Of a stretch of DNA of 64,000 nt, positions 9,700-19,590 are shown piece after piece (within the stretch, counting starts at the first letter, position 1; every line of letters begins with the position of its first letter). This stretch comes from a bacterium (GTDB taxonomy: Bacteria; DUMJ01): positions 10,284 through 74,283 of the forward strand of contig JBMFOH010000007.1 in the NCBI GenBank assembly GCA_049969715.1, given 5' to 3'. A program made the position numbers and the translations under genes. The notes under the pieces are model-generated. The model did not search any database. It worked only from the letters and a program-made list of their open reading frames with translations, and was not told the origin of the DNA.

Positions 9700-10821
9700 T
9701 TAATTGTACCTACCGTATTTTTCAAAGGCTTCGTACATTGCCTCTACATTTTCTAATTTAGAATCCGAATTTATTTCTCCCATCCCTATAAAACCACCTT
9801 CCTTAGAGCCAAAAAGATCAATCACTCTCTTTACATACAGCTCTACCTCTTCTGGAAGAGCTTTCGTCAATATATATTGACGATCTATGTCACTTCTTAT
9901 ACATATCTTACCAGCAACTATTTTAGCTAGGGCATCTAAATTCATAGCAGAGAATTGTGGGTTTAGAACATCTACTCCTATCTCTATGAGGTCAGGAATT
10001 ATATCTATCGTATATCCATCAGTATGAAAGTGTACATGATGCCCTGCTCTATGAACCGCCTCGAATAATTCCTTGTAATAGGGCTTAAAAAGCTCTCTCC
10101 ATATCTTAGGATTTATTATTAGCTGCCTTTGAGTCCCCCAATCATCTTGAAAAAGAATACCATCTACTGGATATCTCAACCAAAATCCTAAGGTCTTAAG
10201 GTTATAGTCTACTATCTTCTCTATAAGAAATCTTACTCTCTCTCGATCTTCCATTATATCCATCATAAGAGGGACATAATCTCTAATCCATTGTAGCAGT
10301 TCAAATAGATTCCCAGAATAAGCTATGATATACTTCCCTTTACGTTGGGCATACTCTATAGTCCTTTCTATCTCGGGAATGTTGAATCTCCAGTATGCTA
10401 GTGCATCTGGAAATCGATAGCTATCAAGATTATCCCAATCCTCGAGAGGACTCTTAATAACCTGTCCTACAATGCCAGGGTCTATCTTCCTCCAAGTACA
10501 CCCCCATTCATCTGTACTATCTCCAGCTTCTCCAGGGGTTCCATACTGAAAGCTCCTAGGCTCTAGATAGATAAAGTCATCTTCAAATGTCCACTTTTTA
10601 GATAGGTCTTCACTATATTTATATCCAGCAGATGCTGGCCTTCTCGAGACATCCATCTTATCCAAGCTTGATACAATATCCTTTGGGTATCTACTCAGTA
10701 TATTTGCCAATTCTTCTCCATATTTATACCAGGCAGCTGGTAGAACAGCATGCATAATGGGTATTCTATCTATCCCCTTAAACTCTATCGCCCTTATTAC
10801 TCGTTCTCTACTAGTCATCAT
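9700..10821 (-). CDS. uroporphyrinogen decarboxylase (URO-D) family protein, function likely not heme-related
   Basis: The N-terminal SRERV..A......DR.P pattern and ~370-aa size are typical of URO-D/MtaA-like TIM-barrel proteins. It sits in a glycan-utilisation locus. Confidence 0.6.
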   Translation of the reverse strand: MMTSRERVIRAIEFKGIDRIPIMHAVLPAAWYKYGEELANILSRYPKDIVSSLDKMDVSRRPASAGYKYSEDLSKKWTFEDDFIYLEPRSFQYGTPGEAGDSTDEWGCTWRKIDPGIVGQVIKSPLEDWDNLDSYRFPDALAYWRFNIPEIERTIEYAQRKGKYIIAYSGNLFELLQWIRDYVPLMMDIMEDRERVRFLIEKIVDYNLKTLGFWLRYPVDGILFQDDWGTQRQLIINPKIWRELFKPYYKELFEAVHRAGHHVHFHTDGYTIDIIPDLIEIGVDVLNPQFSAMNLDALAKIVAGKICIRSDIDRQYILTKALPEEVELYVKRVIDLFGSKEGGFIGMGEINSDSKLENVEAMYEAFEKYGRYN

Positions 10822-10830
10822 TTTGCTCCT

Positions 10831-11811
10831 CTACTCTCTCGTTCTTGCTATCTGAATAGTATTAATCAATACTGCTATTAGTATAAGTACTCCCTTCACT
10901 ACGTATTGGACATACTCATTAATATTTAAGAGAGTCATAGCATTTATTAAAACACCTAAAAAGAGTATACCGATAAAGGTTCCCCAAACTGTACCTATCC
11001 CACCAAATAAGCTTGCCCCTCCTATTATAACTGATGATATTACATTTAATTCATATCCTTTACCAAAAGAAAATGCCCCTGCCATAACTTGAGAAGAAAC
11101 GAGAATGCCACTTAGAGCTGCCAACAATTGCACCACTACCATCACAATTCTTTTTACCCTACTCACATTAATACCTGATAGTCTCGCTGCTTCAGAGTTT
11201 CCACCTACAGCATATACTGCACGACCAAACTTTGTATAATTCATAACTATAAAGACAACTATAAAGATTAATACTAGTATTATAGCGGGAAGAGGTATAC
11301 CAAATATCTGACCTGCTCCGAATACGTTATACCATAAGGGTAATGTAGTTACTGGGAAGCCTTTTGAAATTATTGCCGCTATTCCATACAAAATATTCAT
11401 CATTGCTAGAGTGACTATGAATGAAGGTAACTTAAACTTTGTAATTACCAACCCATTAAGATAACCACAGAGGCTTGAAATTATAAAAGCAAGAAATATC
11501 CCAACTATTACTCCTTTTTCCATAGGCATTATCTTCACCTCGGCAAGATATCCACTTGTAAGGGCCACTATAACCCCTGACAATGCTACCGTTGAACCGA
11601 TTGAAAGGTCTATTTCACCTGTAACTATCACCATAAACATTCCAAAAGCTATAACGCCTTGAATAGAAGCATTTCTTAAGATATTCAATAAATTTCTAGT
11701 CGTGAAAAATCCAGGAGCTAAAAATGCTACTACAATAGTAATAATTAAAAGTATGATCTCTAAAATATGAGTACTTATAAAAATTCTTATATCAGACCTT
11801 GTTGTTTTCAA
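10831..11811 (-). CDS. sugar ABC transporter permease (RbsC/branched-chain-type)
   Basis: A ~10-TM hydrophobic protein. It overlaps the ATPase gene and follows the RbsA-B-C-like order. Confidence 0.8.
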   Translation of the reverse strand: MKTTRSDIRIFISTHILEIILLIITIVVAFLAPGFFTTRNLLNILRNASIQGVIAFGMFMVIVTGEIDLSIGSTVALSGVIVALTSGYLAEVKIMPMEKGVIVGIFLAFIISSLCGYLNGLVITKFKLPSFIVTLAMMNILYGIAAIISKGFPVTTLPLWYNVFGAGQIFGIPLPAIILVLIFIVVFIVMNYTKFGRAVYAVGGNSEAARLSGINVSRVKRIVMVVVQLLAALSGILVSSQVMAGAFSFGKGYELNVISSVIIGGASLFGGIGTVWGTFIGILFLGVLINAMTLLNINEYVQYVVKGVLILIAVLINTIQIARTRE

Positions 11812-13306
11812 TGTCTTCTCCTCCCATACACATAGAATAAAGTTCTTCTATAGTAACTTCTTCTGGTAATACCTCACCAATAATTCTTCCTTGCCTCATT
11901 ATTAATATTCTATGACAGACCTCTATGAGTTCCTCAAGTTCTGAAGAGACAATTATACTTGCTATACCATTCCGAGATTGCTCCCATATTATCTCGAATA
12001 TCTGCTGTTTTGCACTCACATCTATACCTCGTGTAGGTTCATCAAACAAAATTACGCCAGGATTCACGTTTAGCCATTTACCCACCACTACTTTTTGCTG
12101 ATTCCCTCCAGAAAGAGATGATATTGGCAATAGATAGTTTGACACCTTTATATCTAATGCTCTTATCTCTCTTCTTGCAAATTCATCTTCCAAATTTCTA
12201 TCTACAAAAGCACCTTTACCTAAAAGCTCTAAACTTGCCAAACATAGATTATTCTTTACTGAATGTATTTGAATAAGTCCCTCTCTCTTTCTATCTTCAG
12301 GCGTCATCACTATACCTAAATGCTTCATCTCAATTGGATCTAACTTTTCAATCCTCTTACCTCTAACAATTATCTCTCCTTTATCTATAGGATTCACTCC
12401 AAAAATGGCTTTCAATAATTCGGTCCTTCCAGAACCAAGCATTCCTGCTATACCCAATATCTCACCTTTTCTCAACTTAAATGAGATATCTTCAAACTGA
12501 TGCCGCCGAGAAAGCCCTCTTACCTCGAGAACCACTTCATCAGAATATTTAAGGTCTTTAGGCCTTGTTCGAATCTCTACTTCTCCAAACATCATCTTAA
12601 CAATATTTCTTGGTGTCACTTCTTTCATTAAAACTGTGTCTACCACGTTACCATCGCGTAATACTGTGCAGGTATCTGCTATCTCCCATAACTCATGAAG
12701 CCTATGTGTGATATATATTATTACAACATCCTTCTTCTTAAGTTCTCTCACTATATCAAAAAGTGCCTGAGTTTCATGATAGGCAAGCGAAGATGTAGGC
12801 TCATCTAGCATTATGACCTTTGGATTAAAGCTCATTGCTTTTGCTATCTCTACTATTTCCCATTGCCACATACTGAGTCTATATAGTACTTCTTTTGGAG
12901 GGATATTAACCTTTAATTCCTGTAACAGATCCTCAGCCATTTTATAAGTCTTATCCCAGTCTACTATCTCACCAAATATAGTCTTTTTCATAGGGAGGCG
13001 TCCTACAAAGATGTTCTCTGCCACAGTTAGTCCTGGAATAAGGCTTAACTCTTGGTATACTGTAGCGATCCCTTTGTCAAAGGCATCTTTCGGACTGCTA
13101 AAATTGAGAGGCTTACCATCAAATAAAATTTCTCCTTTTGTAGGTCTAAATGCCCCTGAAAATATCTTTACTAAAGTAGTCTTGCCTGAGCCATTTTTAC
13201 CTACAAGCGCATGAACCTCCCCACTTTTGAAACTTACATTTATTCCGTTTAAAGCCACTGTCCCTGGGAAAATCTTAACTATATTACGAGCTTCTAATAC
13301 ACTCAT
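11792..13306 (-). CDS. sugar ABC transporter ATP-binding protein (tandem ABC domains, RbsA/MglA-like)
   Basis: Two Walker A motifs (GKNGSGKTT; GMLGSGRTE) and two signature motifs (LSMWQWEIV; LSGGNQQKV). Confidence 0.85.
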   Translation of the reverse strand: MSVLEARNIVKIFPGTVALNGINVSFKSGEVHALVGKNGSGKTTLVKIFSGAFRPTKGEILFDGKPLNFSSPKDAFDKGIATVYQELSLIPGLTVAENIFVGRLPMKKTIFGEIVDWDKTYKMAEDLLQELKVNIPPKEVLYRLSMWQWEIVEIAKAMSFNPKVIMLDEPTSSLAYHETQALFDIVRELKKKDVVIIYITHRLHELWEIADTCTVLRDGNVVDTVLMKEVTPRNIVKMMFGEVEIRTRPKDLKYSDEVVLEVRGLSRRHQFEDISFKLRKGEILGIAGMLGSGRTELLKAIFGVNPIDKGEIIVRGKRIEKLDPIEMKHLGIVMTPEDRKREGLIQIHSVKNNLCLASLELLGKGAFVDRNLEDEFARREIRALDIKVSNYLLPISSLSGGNQQKVVVGKWLNVNPGVILFDEPTRGIDVSAKQQIFEIIWEQSRNGIASIIVSSELEELIEVCHRILIMRQGRIIGEVLPEEVTIEELYSMCMGGEDIENNKV

Positions 13307-13391
13307 ATCTAACTCCTAATAGATAAAAGCAGGGTAAGTCTCTCTATGATTTCATTTAGATAGTCTAGAAAGACTTACCCCAGTAGTAATA

Positions 13392-14378
13392 CTATCCACC
13401 CATCTTAGCTTTTAGATCTTTTTCAAACTTCTCGATTCCTGCCTTATCATCACGAGAAAGAGTTATCCCAGGGACAGGGATACACTTACCTTTTGTTTTA
13501 CTAATATCCTCACCCTTTATTGCCTTTATAAGAGTCTCCATAGTCTTATACCCTTGAGTATAAGGGTCTTGACCTGTAACTGCCTGTAATACATTAGCTG
13601 GATCTTTTAGCATCTGTACAATCTGTTCACTTGCATCAGTTCCAAAAACGAAGACTTTGCCAGCTTTTCCAGCATTCTTCACAGCCATAGCCGCCCCTAT
13701 AGTTCCACCTTCATTTGCAGACCAAATAATGTTTACTTCAGGATGAGCTGTTAAAATGTCTCCTGCCACCTGAACTGCCCTATCCTGTAACCAAGCATCC
13801 TGATCGGCTACAATCTCAACTCCTGGTAGTTTTTTCACTTCTTCTAGAAAGCCACTTACCCTGTCTCCACTCTGTTCTGGAAGTAGAGATTTAAACTGAA
13901 GTATAGCTATTTTTGCCTTGCCACCAAGCTTCTGCATTATAAACTTACGGCAGACCTCACCAGTACGCCTTCCAAGCTCCTTTTGATCAGAGGTATATCC
14001 ACCAACAATAAATGGGGCATTAGTAAGATTTGTATTACATACTGCTATCTTTAATCCAGCATCTGAAGCCTTCTTCAACATAGCAACTGATGTAGTATTA
14101 CTAAGAGGCGCAATAGCGATACCATCAATTTGCTGGGAAATGTACGTATTAATAAGCTCCGTTTCCTTTGCCTGATCATTATTTGTATTAGCAAGCAAAC
14201 ACTCTGCTCCCGCAGCTTTTGCAGCATCTTCAAAACCCTTCTGCAATAGTTTCATAAATTGATCCTCTTGAAATACTACACCTGCTACTCTAATCTGAGC
14301 TGCCATAAGATTTGCTTCAAATGAGAAAAGAATTAAGAACATCAGTAACAAAAAACTAATCCTCTTTAAAACTCTCAT
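13392..14378 (-). CDS. sugar ABC transporter periplasmic substrate-binding protein (RbsB-like)
   Basis: Signal peptide and a type-I periplasmic-binding fold (VAGVVFQ, IAILQF). It is upstream of the ATPase and permease. Confidence 0.8.
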   Translation of the reverse strand: MRVLKRISFLLLMFLILFSFEANLMAAQIRVAGVVFQEDQFMKLLQKGFEDAAKAAGAECLLANTNNDQAKETELINTYISQQIDGIAIAPLSNTTSVAMLKKASDAGLKIAVCNTNLTNAPFIVGGYTSDQKELGRRTGEVCRKFIMQKLGGKAKIAILQFKSLLPEQSGDRVSGFLEEVKKLPGVEIVADQDAWLQDRAVQVAGDILTAHPEVNIIWSANEGGTIGAAMAVKNAGKAGKVFVFGTDASEQIVQMLKDPANVLQAVTGQDPYTQGYKTMETLIKAIKGEDISKTKGKCIPVPGITLSRDDKAGIEKFEKDLKAKMGG

Positions 14379-14541
14379 AAAATCTCTTACCTCCTTTTAT
14401 AATCTAAGATTTCAAATTCCTAACACCTCTAATAGCTTCCTACCTTGTGCAGGTTAACTTGACTAATTATTTCTCAAATCTTTATAAATACCTTATTCTT
14501 TTTTCTCCAAGCATCACCCCTTCCTCTACTTCTTATCCCCC

Positions 14542-15711
14542 CTAAATCCTACTAGAAATTCTTACCTCATCTTTAATATTTCTGGCTAAATCTATAGCCT
14601 TTACTGAGTCTCTTATCACTAATCTAGTAGGAAGATAAATATGTTCAATATGGCTTATCTTCCCTTCTATGCTTTCTATAAGCAATTCGGCTGCCTTTTT
14701 ACCCATCCTAGACTTCTCTTGATATATAGTTGTTAAAGAAGGATATAAAAAGAGAGCTATCTGGCTATCGTCAAAACCAACTACTGAAATATCTTCTGGA
14801 ATCTCTAGCCCTTCTTTTTTTATCGCCATATAGACTTCATATGCTATAGGGTCATTAACAGTAAAGATTGCTGTAGTATCTCTATTTGCCCTTAAGAATT
14901 CTCTAATAAGTTCTATGTTTTTATTATGGTCTTTCTTCCCATAACCACTTAATCCTCTAAATATTAGTCTTTCTTCTACTTCAATCCCATTATCTAAAAG
15001 GGCACTTATATACCCTTCGAACCTTTCTTTTACAGTAGTAGTCATAGAATACTTTGTAGTAATATGAGCTATATTTTTATGCCCTTGTCTAATAAGATAA
15101 TCTACTGCTTCATAAGCGCCATCTCTATTTTTAGAGGTAACAAAATTTGAGTTCATCCCAGAAGGACACCTATCTACCATAACTACAGGTGTCTTTATCC
15201 TCTTTAGATATTTACTAGAAACATCACTTCTAGCACACATCTCATCTGTAGGATAGATGATAAGGCCCTTTACTCCACGATTTAAGAGTTGCCTGATTAA
15301 AGATAACTCTTTATCATAGTTCCAATAAGAGTTTACATATATGAGATTATAACCTTTCTCCGTTATTTCTGTTTCTATCCCCATAAGAACATCTGCCACC
15401 ATTGGATCCTTTATATCAGGAATTACTACACCAACACATAAAGGACTACTTTTATAGTCTATATTTGTTATCTTATCAGAGACAAATGTTCCTTTCCTTT
15501 TTATTCTAAATACAAGGTCCTCTTTACTGAGCTCTTGAAGGGCATACTCTAAAGTAGTAGGTGAAACTCCAAGAGATTTAGCATAATCTTCAGTGGAAGG
15601 AATCCTCTCTAGTGGTTTAAGCTCCCCAGATAATATCTTATCCTTAAGATATTCTTTTACCTGTATATAAAGCGGTATAGGACTTTCCCTCTCGATTGAT
15701 AATTCCATCAA
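14542..15711 (-). CDS. GntR-family HTH regulator fused to LacI-type sugar-binding domain
   Basis: N-terminal GntR wHTH (PSTEDYAKSLGVSPTTLEYAL) followed by a periplasmic-binding-protein-like domain (VGVVIPD, VGFDDS). Confidence 0.75.
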   Translation of the reverse strand: MMELSIERESPIPLYIQVKEYLKDKILSGELKPLERIPSTEDYAKSLGVSPTTLEYALQELSKEDLVFRIKRKGTFVSDKITNIDYKSSPLCVGVVIPDIKDPMVADVLMGIETEITEKGYNLIYVNSYWNYDKELSLIRQLLNRGVKGLIIYPTDEMCARSDVSSKYLKRIKTPVVMVDRCPSGMNSNFVTSKNRDGAYEAVDYLIRQGHKNIAHITTKYSMTTTVKERFEGYISALLDNGIEVEERLIFRGLSGYGKKDHNKNIELIREFLRANRDTTAIFTVNDPIAYEVYMAIKKEGLEIPEDISVVGFDDSQIALFLYPSLTTIYQEKSRMGKKAAELLIESIEGKISHIEHIYLPTRLVIRDSVKAIDLARNIKDEVRISSRI

Positions 15712-15769
15712 AATCTTCCTCCGACTTTATTATAGCAATAAATCTCTAAAAGTCAAGAGTTATAAAAAG

Positions 15770-16120
15770 TTATGGTTTAAACTCATCCTCCATCCCCTTT
15801 GGTATTACACACACAAAGCCAAAAGGTTCGTCGTCCTTGAGATTAATAAACTGATGCTCTTCTCCTCCAGGGATAAATATTGCCATCTCTGGAGTAAGAG
15901 GTATCTCTTTGTCTTTGCTTTTCACTGCACCATACCCCTTTACTATGAAGACCTCATGCTCGTAAGGGTGCTTTCCATAACTAGTCCTCCCTAAAGGCGG
16001 AATTTCAAAGTATCGAAGCTCAAAGAGAGGGGCACCATCCTCCTTTGTAATCATCCAGTATAATTTGTTACCAGATGGAGTTAAGTACATAATATCTTTA
16101 CTTAATTGAGTTATCTTCAT
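15770..16120 (-). CDS. cupin domain protein
   Basis: A 116-aa protein with the cupin motif G..S...[12 protein letters not shown]. Confidence 0.6.
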   Translation of the reverse strand: MKITQLSKDIMYLTPSGNKLYWMITKEDGAPLFELRYFEIPPLGRTSYGKHPYEHEVFIVKGYGAVKSKDKEIPLTPEMAIFIPGGEEHQFINLKDDEPFGFVCVIPKGMEDEFKP

Positions 16121-16144
16121 CTTTACCTCCTTGAGTTTATTATA

Positions 16145-16173
16145 TCACACCCTTATTCAACTTATGGTAAAAT
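16145..16173 (+). promoter_or_regulatory. candidate extended -10 promoter (TGgTAAAAT) for Cys-rich peptide/kinase/PdxA operon
   Basis: TG at 16165-16166 and TAAAAT at 16168-16173. An AGGAGGG RBS lies at 16191-16197 and the ATG at 16205. Confidence 0.3.
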
Positions 16174-16204
16174 ATCCATAAAACATATACAGGAGGGATT
16201 CATT

Positions 16205-16402
16205 ATGGCAGAGTGCAAAGTGCAAAGGAACTTGAAAAACTGTAATTGCAGTTATGAGCCATGCCCTAGAAAAGGTTTATGCTGTGAGTGTATAGCCTAT
16301 CATAGAAGTCATCAAGAATTACCTGCATGCTATTTCCCAGATGATGTAGAAAGAACCTATGATAGATCTATATCAAGATTTATCTCTTTATATGAGAAGT
16401 AA
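16205..16402 (+). CDS. small cysteine-rich protein (65 aa, 8 Cys)
   Basis: [35 protein letters not shown]... A strong RBS (AGGAGGG) lies 7 nt upstream of this ATG. The ORF track's longer 98-aa start lacks an RBS. The stop sits 2 nt before the kinase start. Confidence 0.5.
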   Translation: MAECKVQRNLKNCNCSYEPCPRKGLCCECIAYHRSHQELPACYFPDDVERTYDRSISRFISLYEK

Positions 16403-16404
16403 TT

Positions 16405-17601
16405 ATGCCAGAACTTCTTGTTATAGCAGATGACCTCACAGGAGCTCTTGATACCGGTGTCCAGTTTGCAAAAGAGAAGATAAAAACAGTAGTTACGACA
16501 AAACTAGAATGGGATACATTATCTCTAGATAATGCAGAAGTTCTTGCCATTGATACCGAGACTAGACACCTACAAGAGAAAGAAGCCTTTGATAGGATAA
16601 AAAGAGTCTTGGAGATTGCAAAAGAAAAGGAGATTAAATATTTATATAAGAAGACAGACTCTACCTTAAGAGGTAATATTGGAATAGAATTTTTGGCTAT
16701 TTGGAAGACTTATAATAGACCTATTATGTTTATCCCTGCATTTCCAAAGCTAAAAAGATTTACAAGAAATGGAGTCCAATATATAGATGATACTCCAATC
16801 AATATGACGTCCTTTTCTAAAGACCCATTAAATCCAGTCAGGGAGAGCTATATCCCAAAGATTATAGAAGAACAAGCTAAACTAAAGAGTTCTATTGTAA
16901 AGAGGGACTACTACAATAATATATCAATTATAGATTCAGATGTCTATATATTTGATGCAGAGTTAGACAAAGACCTACTAACGATAGGAGAAACTCTCAA
17001 AAGAAAAGATATGCTTAAAATAACTGCTGGATGTGCTGGTTTTGCAGAAATCTTACCAAAATTAATAGATTTTAAAAGAGATAGAAAGCAAGTTAACTTG
17101 AATATAAAAGGAGACTATATTGTAATAATATGTGGGAGTATGAATGAGAGATCTCTAAAGCAGATAGAATTTGCAAAAGAAAAACTTGGCTTTTTAGATA
17201 TCGTATTAAGTAAGGAGGAGATATCTAATGAACTAAATGCTCTGTCTGAAGATATCTTTTCTAATAAGAGAATAGTTATAAGAGCTGAAATCTTACGAGA
17301 CCCTAAAAATCTTCACCACAGAATACTAGACAAACTGGCTAGTATTACAGAAGAGATATATAATAGAATGCATCTTAATACATTTATCATATTTGGAGGA
17401 GATACTCTATTTAAAATAATAGAAAGACTAAGAATAGAATACTTAGAACCAGTAGGAGAGATTGAAACTGGAGTAGCTGTTTCTAAAGCTAAGATAGGAG
17501 AGAAAGAGTTTGTATTTATAACAAAAGCTGGTGGCTTTGGTGATATAGATATAGTTACTAAAATTACTGATTTTATGAAGAGGCGAAGCTTATGCTTATA
17601 G
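16405..17601 (+). CDS. four-carbon acid sugar kinase (DUF1537; D-threonate/3-oxo-tetronate kinase family)
   Basis: N-terminal LLVIADDLTGALDTG is the hallmark of the DUF1537 kinases. The gene is adjacent to a PdxA-family gene. Confidence 0.75.
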   Translation: MPELLVIADDLTGALDTGVQFAKEKIKTVVTTKLEWDTLSLDNAEVLAIDTETRHLQEKEAFDRIKRVLEIAKEKEIKYLYKKTDSTLRGNIGIEFLAIWKTYNRPIMFIPAFPKLKRFTRNGVQYIDDTPINMTSFSKDPLNPVRESYIPKIIEEQAKLKSSIVKRDYYNNISIIDSDVYIFDAELDKDLLTIGETLKRKDMLKITAGCAGFAEILPKLIDFKRDRKQVNLNIKGDYIVIICGSMNERSLKQIEFAKEKLGFLDIVLSKEEISNELNALSEDIFSNKRIVIRAEILRDPKNLHHRILDKLASITEEIYNRMHLNTFIIFGGDTLFKIIERLRIEYLEPVGEIETGVAVSKAKIGEKEFVFITKAGGFGDIDIVTKITDFMKRRSLCL

Positions 17602-18524
17602 GGATAACGATGGGAGACCCAAACGGGGTAGGCCCAGAGATTATACTGAAGGCTTATAGGGATGGTAAGCTTAATCAACCATTTATAGTGATTGGTGATT
17701 ACGATATCATTTCATACTGCAATGAGCTATTAAATTATAATATTAATATAGATGCGATGAATATTCTAGATCTAGGAATCCTTACAAGAAATGAGCTAAA
17801 GATAGGTCAAATCTCAAAAGAATCTGGCTATGCATCAATTATGTATGTAAAAAAAGCTGTAGAGCTAGCTCTAGATAAAAAGATAGATGCAATAGTAACT
17901 CTTCCAGTAAATAAAGAGGCAGTAAGACTTACATATCCAGACTTTTCTGGACATACAGAGTTTATCGCTAGCTTATGCAGAGAGAAAAATTATACTATGA
18001 TGCTTGCCTCAGAAAAGCTCATAGTGACACACGTAAGCACGCATCTATCTTTAAAAAATGCCATAGAATACATTACAGAAGATAGAGTTTATAACACGAT
18101 AAAGCTCACTTATGATACACTCAAAAGATTTATAAAGAATCCTAAGATTGCAGTTGCTGGATTAAACCCGCATGCTGGAGAAAATGGCTCTTTCGGAGAT
18201 GAAGAGACAAAATTTATAAGACCAGCAGTAGAAAGAGCCAGAAGAAATGGAATCGATGTTGAAGGACCAATCTCGCCAGATGTAGTCTTCTTAAAGGCGT
18301 ACAAAAGGCAGTATTCTGGTGTGGTCTGTATGTATCATGATCAGGGGCATATCCCATTAAAATTATTAGATTTTGAAGGGGGAGTGAATATAACTATAGG
18401 GCTAAAGATAATAAGGACTTCAGTTGACCATGGGACAGCATTTGATATAGCCTATAAAGGTATAGCATCAACAAGAAGTCTAGAAGAGGCATTTAAATTT
18501 GCAGTAAAATTAGTGGAAAATTGA
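17592..18524 (+). CDS. PdxA-family 4-hydroxythreonine-4-phosphate / 4-phospho-D-threonate dehydrogenase
   Basis: IGITMGDPNGVGPEI start, YHDQGHIP and RTSVDHGTAFDIA motifs. It overlaps the kinase by 10 nt. Confidence 0.75.
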   Translation: MLIGITMGDPNGVGPEIILKAYRDGKLNQPFIVIGDYDIISYCNELLNYNINIDAMNILDLGILTRNELKIGQISKESGYASIMYVKKAVELALDKKIDAIVTLPVNKEAVRLTYPDFSGHTEFIASLCREKNYTMMLASEKLIVTHVSTHLSLKNAIEYITEDRVYNTIKLTYDTLKRFIKNPKIAVAGLNPHAGENGSFGDEETKFIRPAVERARRNGIDVEGPISPDVVFLKAYKRQYSGVVCMYHDQGHIPLKLLDFEGGVNITIGLKIIRTSVDHGTAFDIAYKGIASTRSLEEAFKFAVKLVEN

Positions 18525-18561
18525 AAAATTTGGATTACTTCTAAAATCTCTCCCGTCCGAT

Positions 18562-18759
18562 ATGTATAGATTTTATGGCGACCTATACTATGAACTTTCA
18601 GAGGTTTTTGAACCATTTAATATTGATATAGTATTTCTCAACAAAGTGAATTACCTTATGAAATATGAAATTATATGTGGATATAGGATATACACTGAGG
18701 ATGAAGAGATAGTAGTGAAAATTGCATCAGACTTAGCCTTTAAACAAAAACTTTTCTAG
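18562..18759 (+). other. possible remnant of minimal nucleotidyltransferase (MNT-type) gene
   Basis: The 65-aa ORF resembles only the C-terminal half of MNT antitoxin-type nucleotidyltransferases (IDIVFL.K...L). The N-terminal catalytic GS..D.D part is absent. Confidence 0.25.
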
Positions 18760-18768
18760 GACGACTTC

Positions 18769-19530
18769 TTAGAGGCAATAGAGGATATCAAATATTTTTC
18801 TAAAAGTAACACCAGCAGGCTCTCGTACAATTATATTAGCCCTCCAATCATAAGGAGTGCTAGTCTTATTTATAAGTATCAATTTATCTCCTTTATAATA
18901 TTCTATTAGGGATGCTGCTGGATATACAACTAAGCTTGTCCCTACAACTATTAAACAGTCAGCCTCACTTATATAACCAACTGAATCTGATAATACATCA
19001 GGGTCTAAAGGCTCTTCATATAAAACTACATCTGGTCTTACAATACCTCTACACTTGTCACACCTTGGAACTATATCGTCACTATTTATAATATACTCTA
19101 AGTCAAAGAACTTTTTACAGGACATACAGTAATTCTTATAGATTGTCCCATGGAGCTCTAAGACATTCCTAGAGCCTGCCTTTTGATGAAGTCCATCGAT
19201 ATTCTGTGTAATTACTGCCTTTAGTTTACCAAGCTCTTCCAACTTTGCTAAAGCTATATGACAATAATTAGGCTCAGCATCTTTATGTATTATCTCTCTT
19301 TTATAGAATAGAAAGAATTCTTCTGGATGGTCTAAAAAGAAACTATAACTAAGTATTATCTCTGGAGGGTATTTATACTCTATCTCCTTCTTTTTATACA
19401 AGCCTTTCTCTGACCTAAAATCGGGAATATTACTCTCTGTAGAAGCCCCTGCCCCAGTAAAAGCTACTATGTTATTAGAAGTATCTATAATCTCTGCTAC
19501 CTTCTCTAAATATTCCATAAAGACCTCCAA
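18769..19530 (-). CDS. cobB: NAD-dependent protein deacylase (Sir2 family)
   Basis: GAGASTESNIPDFRS, the C..C...C..C zinc ribbon, and GTSLVVYPAA. Confidence 0.8.
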   Translation of the reverse strand: MEVFMEYLEKVAEIIDTSNNIVAFTGAGASTESNIPDFRSEKGLYKKKEIEYKYPPEIILSYSFFLDHPEEFFLFYKREIIHKDAEPNYCHIALAKLEELGKLKAVITQNIDGLHQKAGSRNVLELHGTIYKNYCMSCKKFFDLEYIINSDDIVPRCDKCRGIVRPDVVLYEEPLDPDVLSDSVGYISEADCLIVVGTSLVVYPAASLIEYYKGDKLILINKTSTPYDWRANIIVREPAGVTFRKIFDILYCL

Positions 19531-19590
19531 CTTAAAATATAAGAAAATTATATTATAATATTATACTAAAACAGGAAAGGAGAATATACT

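Noticed and set aside
16106-16204. Longer 98-aa version of the Cys-rich ORF
   Set aside because: The upstream extension ([33 protein letters not shown]) overlaps the divergent promoter region and lacks an RBS. The internal ATG at 16205 has a perfect AGGAGGG RBS.
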